Origin: a bacterium
Lineage (GTDB): Bacteria > Zhuqueibacterota > Zhuqueibacteria > Oceanimicrobiales > Oceanimicrobiaceae
Length of the DNA stretch: 64,000 nucleotides
Direction of reading: 5' to 3'
Assembly: GCA_046757025.1 (NCBI GenBank)
Contig: JBHHXN010000001.1
Coordinates: forward strand, 59,185-123,184
The first letter of the stretch is position 1. The number at the start of each line of letters is the position of its first letter. Below the pieces are notes generated by a model that was not told where the DNA came from, made no database searches, and saw only the letters and a program-made list of their open reading frames with translations. Position numbers and translations under genes: made by a program. Positions 50,011 through 62,391 of the stretch are shown in pieces.

Positions 50011-50853
50011 ATGAGTTATAAACTTCTTTCTGTTAAAACAACCCAGGAGCACGACCTGGAGCAATGGAGTAACCGAAGCCTGGAAGGCGAAATAAACAGT
50101 TTTAACGGCCGCACTGTGGCTCGCATTTTTGATGAATATTTAAATGGCAGTAATTTGAATATTCTGGAAGGCGGTTGCGGATTTGGCGCCTGGTGTGAAT
50201 GGTTTCAACAAAAAGGTTACGACGTTGTCGGTATTGAGTATGACAGGAACATCGTTGAAAATGCCAAAAAATTCAAGCCTAATGTAGCGGTGGAATTGGG
50301 CGATATCACCAATTTACAATACCCGGACAACCATTTTGATGTGTACATTTCGCTCGGGGTGATCGAACATTTTGAGCACGGTCCGGAGAAAGCCTTGCAA
50401 GAAGCCTACCGAATTCTTAAGCCCAATGGCCTGGCCTTTGTTACCACACCGTATTTGACGGTTTTCCGAAAATTCATATCGCATCCTGTCAGAAGTTTGT
50501 ATTTTCTAATTCGCAAACTTCGAGGACAGAGCAGTCACTTTTGGGAATACCGCTTTACGCAGGAAGAGCTGCAAACTTTTCTTGAAAAGGCCGGCTTTGA
50601 AATCATTCACAAAGATATCGACGACTACGAACCTTATGTGAACAACCGCCACATCGGCTTGTGGGCGGACTGGTATTTTTTGCGTAAAAAAAATGGCGAA
50701 ATCTGGGAGCTGAACACGTTGGGGAAATTTATTCTGGCCATATTTAAAATATTTCCCGCCTCCTGGTATTGCTCCGGCCTGCATTTGGTTGCACGGGCTG
50801 TAAAGGATGATTCGAATCATTCTCATAATTCAAATACATTGAACCAAAATTAA
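50011..50853 (+). CDS. Class I SAM-dependent methyltransferase
   Basis: Motif I 'ILEGGCGFGAW' and motif II/III spacing of Methyltransf_11/23 type. Confidence 0.8.
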   Translation: MSYKLLSVKTTQEHDLEQWSNRSLEGEINSFNGRTVARIFDEYLNGSNLNILEGGCGFGAWCEWFQQKGYDVVGIEYDRNIVENAKKFKPNVAVELGDITNLQYPDNHFDVYISLGVIEHFEHGPEKALQEAYRILKPNGLAFVTTPYLTVFRKFISHPVRSLYFLIRKLRGQSSHFWEYRFTQEELQTFLEKAGFEIIHKDIDDYEPYVNNRHIGLWADWYFLRKKNGEIWELNTLGKFILAIFKIFPASWYCSGLHLVARAVKDDSNHSHNSNTLNQN

Positions 50854-50871
50854 ACCAAGGAAAGGAAATTT

Positions 50872-53508
<2,637 letters not shown>

Positions 53509-53530
53509 GGTGTTTGGGGTTTGAAGAGGA

Positions 53531-53576
53531 AACGTGCTGCGTACTCCAGTAGTGCGCAGCACGTTATTTCTTAATT
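53531..53576 (+). terminator. Rho-independent terminator
   Basis: 11-15 bp stem aacgtgctgcgtact / agtagtgcgcagcacgtt followed by the T-rich atttcttaatt. Confidence 0.55.
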
Positions 53577-53712
53577 GTGAAACAAATCAGGAATCGCATC
53601 GATTAGCGGATCTTCTGTGGATGGCGCTAAAACGAAAAACCTTATTTGTGTAACAAAATTTATTTTGAAAACAGTGTAATTATCGATTAAAACCAATGGA
53701 GGTTTCATCTTT

Positions 53713-54336
53713 ATGGGAGCTACGAAGAAAGCTTGCACGATCTGGTTTACGGGATTACCCTCGTCGGGTAAATCCACTCTGGCTGAAATGTTGGAAAAGG
53801 AATTAAAAAAACTCGGTGAAAATGTCGAAATTCTGGACGGGGATGTGGTGCGAACCAACCTGAGTAAAGGCTTGACTTTTAGCAAAGAAGATCGCGATAT
53901 CAATATCCGCCGAATTGGCTTTGTCTGTCATTTGCTGACGCGCAACGGCGTGTTTGCCATTTCTGCGGCCATTTCGCCTTACCGCAGCGTTCGAGATGAA
54001 AACCGAGCGCTCATCGGCGATTTTGTGGAAGTGTTTGTGAATTGTCCCCTGGAAGAGTGCATCCGTCGCGACGTGAAAGGGCTGTACAAAAAAGCGCTGG
54101 CCGGGGAAATCAAAGAATTTACCGGCGTTTCGGATCCTTATGAAGAACCGCTCAATCCCGAAGTGGAAATCGATTCCTTAAATGAAGAGCCGCGAGAAAG
54201 TCTCAATAAAATTCTCCAGAAACTGGTGGAGCTGGGGTATCTCACCCAAAATGGTGTGGACGCTTCGGAAAAGGCTTACACCAACGATGAAGAAGAATTG
54301 GTGAAAAAACGACTGAGCGATTTGGGCTACATTTAA
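53713..54336 (+). CDS. cysC: Adenylylsulfate (APS) kinase with a ~40-aa C-terminal extension carrying two LGY[IL] motifs
   Basis: P-loop 'GLPSSGKST' and 'LDGDVVR'; the core ends near '...[10 protein letters not shown]' and the extension ends with ...[10 protein letters not shown]. Confidence 0.9.
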   Translation: MGATKKACTIWFTGLPSSGKSTLAEMLEKELKKLGENVEILDGDVVRTNLSKGLTFSKEDRDINIRRIGFVCHLLTRNGVFAISAAISPYRSVRDENRALIGDFVEVFVNCPLEECIRRDVKGLYKKALAGEIKEFTGVSDPYEEPLNPEVEIDSLNEEPRESLNKILQKLVELGYLTQNGVDASEKAYTNDEEELVKKRLSDLGYI

Positions 54337-55682
54337 TGTTCCATTTTCTCAAGCGCGACAAAGGCGCGCGTGTATTTGTTCTATCCATCGACGGCGTGCC
54401 CTTTTCGTTTATGAAAGAAAATATCGCGAAAGGGCATTTCCCCAATTTCAAACGATTTTTAGAACAAGGTGATTTTAAACGAATGAACTCAGTGCAGCCA
54501 GTGATTTCATCGGTTGCCTGGTCCTCGTTTATGACCGGCAAGAATCCGGCTAAGCACAACATTTTTGGATTCGTCGATCAGAAGCCGGGCTCGCATGAGG
54601 TTTACATTCCTACTGCCAACAACATGACCAGCGACACCATCTGGGATATTATGAGCCGGGCGGGTAAAAAAGTGTTCGTGATGAATGTGCCGGTAACCTA
54701 CCCACCAAAACCGGTGAACGGCATCATGATCGGTTGTTTTTTATGTACTCAGATCGAGAAGATAGCTTCCCCGCCGGCGGTTTCTGCACAGCTCAAAAAG
54801 ATGGGATATAAAATCGACGCCGACGCCTGGATCGCAAGGCAAAATCTGGACAAGTTTCTGGACGAAGTGAATTTAGCGCTGGACAAACGAGTGGAAGCGC
54901 TGTTTCATTTTTTGGAGAAAGAACGCTGGGATTATTTTCAAACACACATCATGGAAACCGACCGCATGAATCATTTTTTCTGGGAACACATGGAGCACGA
55001 TGATCCCAGATATGTGCAGGCTTTTTTTGATTTTTATAAAAGAGTGGACGAGGTTTTGGGAGAGGTAGAGCAAAAAATTGGCGAGGATGTGGAATTTATG
55101 GTGCTCTCCGATCACGGTTTCTGCACCATCAAAAAAGAAATCTACTTGAACAATTATCTGGCGGAGGCCGGGGTTTTGAAGTTTAAAAATACCAGCCCAA
55201 AAAGCATTGAAGACATGCATGAAGAATCGCTGGCGTACAGCTTGATTCCTGGACGGGTGTTTGTGAATCTCAAAGGGCGCGAACCCAATGGCTGGGTGCC
55301 GGCCGATAAATATGAAACAACCCGGGAGAAATTGCAGGAAACCCTTTTAAATTTGAAGGAAAAAGACACCGGCGAGCCAATTATCAAAAAAGTGATTCGA
55401 CGCGAGGAAATCTACGACGGCGCCAATTTTGAGGCTTCTGCTGATTTGATCGCCGTTCCTCATGACGGCTACGATCTAAAAGGCAACGTCAATAAACCGG
55501 TTTTCGGCGAGAAAGGCCCTCTGGTGGGCATGCACACTTTCGAAGATTCGCTGGTGTGGGTTCGAAATAAGTCGTTAACCAAATCGAACAATGAATTCTG
55601 GATCGGCGATCTGGCGCCCACCATTTTAAATATGATGCACCTGCCCGTGCCGCAAGACATGGACGGTGTGGCTTTAATTTAA
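54336..55682 (+). CDS. Alkaline-phosphatase-superfamily protein (PF01663-like paralog), soluble
   Basis: 'VFVLSIDGVPFSFM', 'SVQPVISSVAWSSFMTGKNPAKHNIFGF' and 'LSDHGF' motifs; TAATG overlap with the cysC stop. Confidence 0.6.
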   Translation: MFHFLKRDKGARVFVLSIDGVPFSFMKENIAKGHFPNFKRFLEQGDFKRMNSVQPVISSVAWSSFMTGKNPAKHNIFGFVDQKPGSHEVYIPTANNMTSDTIWDIMSRAGKKVFVMNVPVTYPPKPVNGIMIGCFLCTQIEKIASPPAVSAQLKKMGYKIDADAWIARQNLDKFLDEVNLALDKRVEALFHFLEKERWDYFQTHIMETDRMNHFFWEHMEHDDPRYVQAFFDFYKRVDEVLGEVEQKIGEDVEFMVLSDHGFCTIKKEIYLNNYLAEAGVLKFKNTSPKSIEDMHEESLAYSLIPGRVFVNLKGREPNGWVPADKYETTREKLQETLLNLKEKDTGEPIIKKVIRREEIYDGANFEASADLIAVPHDGYDLKGNVNKPVFGEKGPLVGMHTFEDSLVWVRNKSLTKSNNEFWIGDLAPTILNMMHLPVPQDMDGVALI

Positions 55683-55704
55683 ATTAATCCAGGCTCGAAA
55701 GGCC

Positions 55705-57447
55705 ATGTCAAAACTATACTCACTCTTTAAGAAATCTCTTAAACTTGGCGGAATTTTTGGAGTCTTGTCGGGCATTCTGGTGGGTGTGCTGGCCTTTCAA
55801 ATAAATCATTTCTCGTTTGAATTCAAAAATATCTTCCTTGTGCCGTTTTATCACGTGCTGATTTATTCGACTGTTGGCTTGCTCGTTGGCGCTGTCGGTG
55901 GTCTGCTGGTTGCTGGAACGGCGAAATTTATTTCCATGGATTCTTCTCGAACCAACCCGTTTCTCAGCAAGTTGCTTACCCTGGCTTTTAGCCTGATTTT
56001 TATTTTGTTTGCAGCGCGTTTGTTCTGGTCGTTTCCCGCGCAAAAGGAGCAAACCAAAATCAAATTTGACCCGTTGTCGGTCAATTCAATGCACGTTAAA
56101 AAGGGCAATTTACTGCAAAATACAGACTCTTTTATCGGCGTCCAACCGCATTTCAAAACCATCGTTATCGCCCTGGATGCCGCCAGTTTTTCGGTGATGG
56201 ATTCTTTGATTTTAGAAGGCCATTTACCCACCATAAAGTCACTGCTGCAAAATGGCGTGCGCGCTAAAGTGAAAACGCTCACCCCCACACGCTCGCCGGT
56301 TATCTGGACTTCCATCGCTACCGGCAAACTGCCGGCCGAGCACGGTATCTGGGACTTTGTGTTGGGTAAGATGCCGGGCACGTCGTTTACCCGCGGTCGT
56401 TACAAATATCCTTATGCCTCTGGCATGGAACGTTTTGCGTCGTTTTTTTCGGATATCGCGTTTATTCCCAACATTCCTTACACATCCAATTTGCGTCAGG
56501 TGAAAGCCTTCTGGAATATTTTGAGTGAATATAAGAGAAGAATTGGCGTTATCGGATGGTACGCCACGTTTCCGGTAGAGCCGGTAACCGGCTTTATGAT
56601 CAGCGACGGGCTGTTTTTCTCCACAAGATACCTGGATGAAAAAATACGAACTACGTTGACGTTTCCCCCGGACTTAATCGATGAAATTGAAAGCGTGGTA
56701 ATCGATTCAACTGAAATAACTCCCGACCAGCTCATTGCCAAATTACACATTTCACCAACGACATGGCAGAAAATCCAGCAATCCAGATATTTTGAAAATA
56801 TTTCTTATTTGTTGAAGCTGACCTATTCCCGAGACGAACGGACGTTAGCCCTGACCCAAAAATTGCTGGTGAGTGATGAGTTTAAGAATCTCGATCTTCT
56901 GACGGTGTATTTTAAGTCCATCGACGAAGTGAGCCACGCCACGTGTGAAGAATATCGCGGTGAGCTTGCTGCACACGATGCGGATAATCAAATATGCCGT
57001 GAAAACCTGCTGGCCGTTTACCAGCAAGCCGATGCCCGCATTGCAGAAGTGTTAAAATTTGCCGATGAAAACACGGCAGTCATGATTCTCTCCGACCATG
57101 GCTTTTCTTACGGCGACATCACCGGTGAATCGAAATTTGGCCACTGGCAGGGACAGGAAGGGGTGTTTATTTTGTCCGGACCCCACATCAAAAAGAATTA
57201 CGATTTGTCCGAGATCGCCATTTTTGATTTTTTACCGACTTTGCTCTACATGCAAAATATGCCCGTAGCCATCGATTTAAAAGGGCAGGTGCTTTTATCC
57301 GCTTTTGAGGACGATTTTATTGATACCCACCCCGTGCGCTATATTTCATCTTTTGAAAGGCAGTCCGAACATTCGGATAAACCCGTGCAAACCAACATAA
57401 ACAAGGAAATCGAGAAGAAGCTGAAGTCGTTGGGCTACATAAATTGA
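55705..57447 (+). CDS. Alkaline-phosphatase-superfamily protein (PF01663-like paralog), N-terminal 3-TM anchor, C-terminal LGYIN tail
   Basis: 'TIVIALDAASFSVM', 'TLTPTRSPVIWTSIATGKLPAEHGIWDF' and 'LSDHGF' motifs; ends with ...EIEKKLKSLGYIN. Confidence 0.6.
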   Translation: MSKLYSLFKKSLKLGGIFGVLSGILVGVLAFQINHFSFEFKNIFLVPFYHVLIYSTVGLLVGAVGGLLVAGTAKFISMDSSRTNPFLSKLLTLAFSLIFILFAARLFWSFPAQKEQTKIKFDPLSVNSMHVKKGNLLQNTDSFIGVQPHFKTIVIALDAASFSVMDSLILEGHLPTIKSLLQNGVRAKVKTLTPTRSPVIWTSIATGKLPAEHGIWDFVLGKMPGTSFTRGRYKYPYASGMERFASFFSDIAFIPNIPYTSNLRQVKAFWNILSEYKRRIGVIGWYATFPVEPVTGFMISDGLFFSTRYLDEKIRTTLTFPPDLIDEIESVVIDSTEITPDQLIAKLHISPTTWQKIQQSRYFENISYLLKLTYSRDERTLALTQKLLVSDEFKNLDLLTVYFKSIDEVSHATCEEYRGELAAHDADNQICRENLLAVYQQADARIAEVLKFADENTAVMILSDHGFSYGDITGESKFGHWQGQEGVFILSGPHIKKNYDLSEIAIFDFLPTLLYMQNMPVAIDLKGQVLLSAFEDDFIDTHPVRYISSFERQSEHSDKPVQTNINKEIEKKLKSLGYIN

Positions 57448-57504
57448 TGGTGAAACGGGTATTGAAAATGGACTTTTCGAAATAAAATTGAATGTGAAGA
57501 ACAA

Positions 57505-58650
57505 ATGACCCCAAAATCGAAAATCAATGTTTTACAATTAGTTGAAGGATTGAATTTAGGCGGGGCGGAAACCAAACTGTTGGAGCTGGTTGCCCACATG
57601 GATCGCAGCCGTTTTAACACCGTGTTTTGCAGCCTCGGCATGGGCGAGCGCATCAAAGAAAAAGTGGACGCTTTGGATGTGAAATACGTAGGTCTGCAAA
57701 GGCGCAGGCGCTTTGATCCGAAATTGGTATGGGATGTGGCTAAAATTGTTCGGCAGGAAAAAATCGACGTGGTGATGACGACGTTGTTTTATGCAGATGT
57801 GGTGGGGGCTTTGGCGCGTATCATCAGCCCCACCAAAGCGGTATTCTCCTGGGAGACGATTTCAGCGCCGGAATGGCTGCTGAAACACCGGTTGCTTGCG
57901 TACAAATTTGCCATGCGCTTTTGTGACAAAGTCATTTCGGTTTCAGAAGCCACCGCCAAGTGGCTGGTGGAAAAACGGGGGGTTGCCAGAGAAAAAGTGC
58001 TGGTCATTCCTTACGGAGTGAATCTGGAGGTGTACAAACAGGGTAAGAATCTGGCGCTCAAACGCCAGCTTGGAATCGCACCGGAAACCTTTGTCGTCGG
58101 CACCGTCGCCCGGCTGCATCCACAAAAAGGGCATGAGTATTTGATTGAAGCCGCGAAAAAAATCGTGGAGCGGCATGCAAATGTGAAATTTGTGTTTGTT
58201 GGCGATGGTGAAATGCGCAAAAAATTGGAAGCCCGGATTGAAACCGCCGGCTTGGAAAATAATTTTCTGCTTTTAGGTTTTCGGGACGATGTAACAGATC
58301 TGCTGCGTGTGTTTGATATTTTCGTTTTGCCTTCGTTATATGAAGGATTGCCCAATGTTATCCTGGAAGCCATGGCCACCGGCTTGCCGGTCGTGGCTAC
58401 GGCGGTGGATGGCTCGGTGGAATTGGTGAACGATGGCGAGACCGGCTTTCTAGTGCCCCCCAGAGAGCCTCAGGCCCTAATTGCGAAAATCAACACCCTC
58501 ATTCAAAATCCGCAACGTGTGCTGGATTTCGGCATGCAGGGTAGAAATCGAGTCGAGTCCATTTATTCACTGGAAAAACAGGTTGAACATTTTCAGCAGT
58601 TGTACGAGAGTTACGCCGTTAATGGGCAGAGAAACGGGGGAACAGCTTGA
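57505..58650 (+). CDS. GT4 glycosyltransferase
   Basis: 'INVLQLVEGLNLGGAETKLLEL' N-terminal domain and 'LPSLYEGLPNVILEAMATGLPVVAT' in the C-terminal domain. Confidence 0.8.
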   Translation: MTPKSKINVLQLVEGLNLGGAETKLLELVAHMDRSRFNTVFCSLGMGERIKEKVDALDVKYVGLQRRRRFDPKLVWDVAKIVRQEKIDVVMTTLFYADVVGALARIISPTKAVFSWETISAPEWLLKHRLLAYKFAMRFCDKVISVSEATAKWLVEKRGVAREKVLVIPYGVNLEVYKQGKNLALKRQLGIAPETFVVGTVARLHPQKGHEYLIEAAKKIVERHANVKFVFVGDGEMRKKLEARIETAGLENNFLLLGFRDDVTDLLRVFDIFVLPSLYEGLPNVILEAMATGLPVVATAVDGSVELVNDGETGFLVPPREPQALIAKINTLIQNPQRVLDFGMQGRNRVESIYSLEKQVEHFQQLYESYAVNGQRNGGTA

Positions 58651-58702
58651 TTATTAGCGTATCATTTAACCAGCGAGACTCTTTTCACAAATCAAATTTC
58701 AC

Positions 58703-58730
58703 GGGCGCGATTTCAAAGCGCCTTTTTTAT
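58703..58730 (+). terminator. Putative rho-independent terminator
   Basis: GGCGC / GCGCC stem followed by a TTTTTT tract. Confidence 0.45.
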
Positions 58731-59143
58731 TGCCTAATTCCGCACCTGCAGGCTGTTTTCAATTTCTCTAGTTGTCGCATTAAAAGTCCAGTGCTTTTCA
58801 TCAAAAACCGAGATTGAATGATATTGTGAGTAGCCAACCAGCCGAGCTACTATGTTTAGAAATGAAACAAGTGTATGATTATTATACAAATTGATTTTAA
58901 TTTTTCAAATGGGAATCCCTGTTATAGGTAGCGTGTTTGCAATTGCTTATAATTTATGTATTTATTAATAATTTAGCTGTAAATTAGTGGCATAAAAATT
59001 GCCAGTTCTCTGAAGAATTTGCGAATTCGGGATCGGAACCCGGACATAGTAGATTAATTGCATAAAGTTTAAAGTGCAATTTCCGATAAATATATAGAAT
59101 TAGAGTACTTTACGAGCAAAAATTGTTACTATTCAGCCTAAAC

Positions 59144-59289
59144 CGTCATGCTGAGCGCAATCTCCCAAATGCGGCGCCTCTCACCGGAAGTACCTGCGCG
59201 AAGCATCTTGCGAAGCGGTTTAGAGATTCTTCGCACATCAGGGATACAGGAGATGAGGAAAGAATCCGGAGTTTGTGCTCAGAATGACG
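59144..59289. repeat. Intergenic palindromic repeat element, copy E (CGTCATGCTGAGCGCAA...TTGTGCTCAGAATGACG), 146 bp
   Basis: 17-bp terminal inverted repeats; internal GCGAAGC x2 and GAGATTCTTCGC segments shared with copies B and D. Confidence 0.55.
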
Positions 59290-59365
59290 ACTCGGGCTGA
59301 AGAGTTACCTAAATTTAAAGGAAATTTCTCCAAAATCTTAAACTCCACATCAGGCTGATTGTCGA

Positions 59366-60103
59366 ATGGACCATCACAAAAAAGTAGCGGTTTTAGTGCC
59401 GGCGTTGAACGAAGCAGAATCCATTGAAAAGGTCATTTCCGGGATTAAAAAGGTCAACTCCGATTACGATATTATCGTCATCGACGACGGCTCCACGGAT
59501 GAAACCGCCGTCATCGCCAAAAATGCAGGGGTAACGGTTCTTTCACTGCCGGTAAATTTAGGCTATGGCGCGGCTTTGCAGACAGGCTACAAATATGCAT
59601 TGATGCATGGTTACGATTTCACGGTTCAAATCGATGGCGATGGTCAACACGACCCCAAATTTATTCGTCCTCTCATCGAACTGCTGAGCAACGGTGCAGA
59701 TGTCGCAATCGGTTCGCGGTTTTTGGGAAATTTAGGCGGATACAACAATCCTACCTTGCGTCAGATCGGGATGATGTTTTTCCGGTTTTTGATTTTTTTG
59801 TTCATAAAACAAAAAATTTCTGATCCGACCTCCGGATTTCAAGCGCTGACAAGAGAAGTGGTGGCGTTTTTTGCCAAAAGCAAGCAGTATCCTTCTGACT
59901 TCCCAGATGCCGACATCATCATACTGCTGCATTATTCCGGATTTAAAATTGCCGAAATTCCGGTTGCAATGTACCGTAGTGAAACCGGCAAATCCATGCA
60001 CAGCGGATTTAAACCGCTTTACTACATCGTCAAAATGCTGCTGTCCATATACGCGGTTTTGTTTGGAAATCAAAAAACTGTGAGACCGAATAATGCCCTT
60101 TAA
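59366..60103 (+). CDS. GT2 glycosyltransferase, short DPM1/GtrB-like polyprenyl-phosphate sugar synthase
   Basis: 'VAVLVPALNEAESI', 'IVIDDGSTDET' and 'QIDGDGQHDP' motifs. Confidence 0.85.
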   Translation: MDHHKKVAVLVPALNEAESIEKVISGIKKVNSDYDIIVIDDGSTDETAVIAKNAGVTVLSLPVNLGYGAALQTGYKYALMHGYDFTVQIDGDGQHDPKFIRPLIELLSNGADVAIGSRFLGNLGGYNNPTLRQIGMMFFRFLIFLFIKQKISDPTSGFQALTREVVAFFAKSKQYPSDFPDADIIILLHYSGFKIAEIPVAMYRSETGKSMHSGFKPLYYIVKMLLSIYAVLFGNQKTVRPNNAL

Positions 60104-60500
60104 AGCAAAATTAATTATCATCGTTTTGAGCTTTTCTTTATTTCTGTTTGTATTAAACTTAATTCGTAAACGTAAATTAAAAATCGAACATTCCGTCCTC
60201 TGGTTGTTCGTGAGTTTAGCCATTTTGGTAGCTTCGATCTGGCAAAACCTGGCAGACCAGGTTGCGCTGTTTTTAGGCATCGAATATCCCCCGGCTTTAT
60301 TTTTATCCATCGCTATTTTCTTTTCCCTGGTCATCCTGATGCATTTTTCCATCGAGCTCTCTACTTTGAAAGATCAAAATAAGGCCTTGACTCAGGAGCT
60401 GGCAATATACAAAAATCTAATTGAAAATATTGAAAAGAAAACAAACAAAGTTGATGAAAATCATAAGCGTTCCGAACGAAAAAGCGCATCAGTGGGATGA
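60093..60500 (+). CDS. DUF2304-like small membrane protein (GT2 companion)
   Basis: 'LIRKRKLKIEHSVLWLFVSLAILVASIW...LGIEYPPALFL' fits DUF2304; ATGCCCTTTAA overlap with the GT2 stop. Confidence 0.55.
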   Translation: MPFKAKLIIIVLSFSLFLFVLNLIRKRKLKIEHSVLWLFVSLAILVASIWQNLADQVALFLGIEYPPALFLSIAIFFSLVILMHFSIELSTLKDQNKALTQELAIYKNLIENIEKKTNKVDENHKRSERKSASVG

Positions 60501-61491
60501 TTTTTTAGAACACCATCCTCACGCCACCATGTACCATTTGTACGGTTGGAAGCAGGTTTTCGAGTCGGTTTTCGGATACCAGCCGTACTATTTTATGGCG
60601 GTTGATCAGGCGGAACAGCCGGCAGGAGTACTGCCGATGTTTCGCATGGGCGATATTTTTCGCAGAAAATATTTGATTTCGAATCCCTTTTCGAGTTTTG
60701 CGGGAATCTGCGCCAACAGTGAGCAGGCGGAAAGTTTACTGCTAAACCAGGCAGTAGAAATCTCCAAAGACTTGAATGCCCGTTATGTTGAGCTCAGGCA
60801 ATTAAACGCGAAAATAAATCAGAGTTTGCCTGAAAAGGACTCTTTTGTCACATTGATGTTGGACTTGCCAGATCGTGCAGAAACCGTCTGGCAGGCGATT
60901 TCATCCCGCAATAGAAACAAGATCAGAAAAGCTGAAAAAAGCGGTTTGTGTGTGGATTTCGGATTGAACTACCTTTCTGAATTTTATGAGATTTACGCCA
61001 AAAATATGAAGTATTTGGGAACGCCGGTTTTTCCGTACGCTATGTTTCAAAAGGTGGCAGAGGTATTTAAAGAACGCAGCGAACTGATGGTGTTACGGCA
61101 TCACGAAAAGACGGTTTCGGGCATGTTCCTGTTCAAATTTCAAAAGATGTTATCCGAGCCCTGGGTGGCTTCCTTGCGTGAATACAACAAAATGTATGTG
61201 AATAATTATTTGTACTGGCGGGCCATTGAGTACGCTTGTGAAAATAAATTTAAAGTATTTGACTTTGGCCGCTCCACCGTGGATTCGGGCACCTACCGTT
61301 TTAAGTTGCAATGGGGAGCCCAACCCGTGCCTTTGCATTATCAATACTACTTGAACAAAGCCAAAGCCATTCCCATCGTGGACGCCTTAAATAACAAATA
61401 TCAGAGAATCATCGACATCTGGAAAAAACTGCCCTTGTTTGTCACTAATTTTGTCGGGCCGCGCGTGGTACAATATTTGCCAGAATTATAA
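60421..61491 (+). CDS. FemAB-like / GNAT-fold aminoacyl- or acyl-transferase (exosortase-locus-type acyltransferase family); true start possibly the ATG at 60454
   Basis: Duplicated GNAT-like halves; 'MYHLYGWKQVFESVFGYQPYYF...' resembles FemAB-family and PEP-CTERM-locus acyltransferases. Confidence 0.5.
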   Translation: MKILKRKQTKLMKIISVPNEKAHQWDDFLEHHPHATMYHLYGWKQVFESVFGYQPYYFMAVDQAEQPAGVLPMFRMGDIFRRKYLISNPFSSFAGICANSEQAESLLLNQAVEISKDLNARYVELRQLNAKINQSLPEKDSFVTLMLDLPDRAETVWQAISSRNRNKIRKAEKSGLCVDFGLNYLSEFYEIYAKNMKYLGTPVFPYAMFQKVAEVFKERSELMVLRHHEKTVSGMFLFKFQKMLSEPWVASLREYNKMYVNNYLYWRAIEYACENKFKVFDFGRSTVDSGTYRFKLQWGAQPVPLHYQYYLNKAKAIPIVDALNNKYQRIIDIWKKLPLFVTNFVGPRVVQYLPEL

Positions 61492-61506
61492 AGAAAACGT
61501 AAGACC

Positions 61507-62382
61507 ATGATCAATTTATTGACGTTCGACATCGAAGATTGGTATCATCCGACACTGGCTTATGGCGATTCTCTTGATACAAAAAATATAGAACCCCGAG
61601 TCGTAGAGCCTACCTTAAGAATTCTCAATATGTTAGAGCAGACAAAAAATCGCGCGACATTTTTTGTTTTAGGCGAAGTTGCTGAAAAATTTCCCGATTT
61701 GGTCAAGGCTATGATTGACCAGGGGCATGAAGTTGCCTCCCACGGCTTTTGTCATGATCTGGTCTATGATTATACAAAATACCAATTTGAAACAGATATC
61801 AAAAAATCGGTGGAGGTTTTAGAAGGCATCACCAACCAGAAAGTGCAGGGTTATCGCGCCCCTTCCTGGTCACTGAACAGCCACACGGACTGGGCCTGGG
61901 AAATCCTGCACGAACACGGTTTTCAGTATGACTCCAGTTTGTATCCCTTTGAGACTTATCTGTACGGGGACAATTCATCTCCGCGCTTTCAGTATGAAAT
62001 TGAATTGAAGGATGGTGAAAAGCTCATTGAAATTCCACCTTCCGCGTTGGAGGTGATGCAGAAACGTCTGCCATTTTCTGGTGGATTTTTCTTGCGGATA
62101 TTTCCTCTCTGGTATATCTACCGGGGAATACGGCAATATAATAATCAGCAAAAACCAGCGGTGATGTATCTGCACCCCTGGGAATTGGATGTGGAGCAGC
62201 CTCGGCTTACCTTGAAGGCCAAAGATAGATTTATTCTTTATGCCAATCTAAAAAATACAGAGAAAAAACTCAGGCGTTTGTTGCAAAAGATAAAATTTAC
62301 TTCCATCAAAGAATATTTGTCGTTGTTAGGATGCTCACCAAATTCCTTTTCACAAGTTTTGCCTTCAAGTGAAGTGGCCTAA
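61507..62382 (+). CDS. CE4 polysaccharide deacetylase (exosortase/EPS-locus subtype)
   Basis: 'LTFDIEDWYH' and 'ATFFVLGEVAEKFPDLVKAMIDQGHEVASHG' motifs. Confidence 0.75.
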   Translation: MINLLTFDIEDWYHPTLAYGDSLDTKNIEPRVVEPTLRILNMLEQTKNRATFFVLGEVAEKFPDLVKAMIDQGHEVASHGFCHDLVYDYTKYQFETDIKKSVEVLEGITNQKVQGYRAPSWSLNSHTDWAWEILHEHGFQYDSSLYPFETYLYGDNSSPRFQYEIELKDGEKLIEIPPSALEVMQKRLPFSGGFFLRIFPLWYIYRGIRQYNNQQKPAVMYLHPWELDVEQPRLTLKAKDRFILYANLKNTEKKLRRLLQKIKFTSIKEYLSLLGCSPNSFSQVLPSSEVA

Positions 62383-62391
62383 TTGGAAAGT

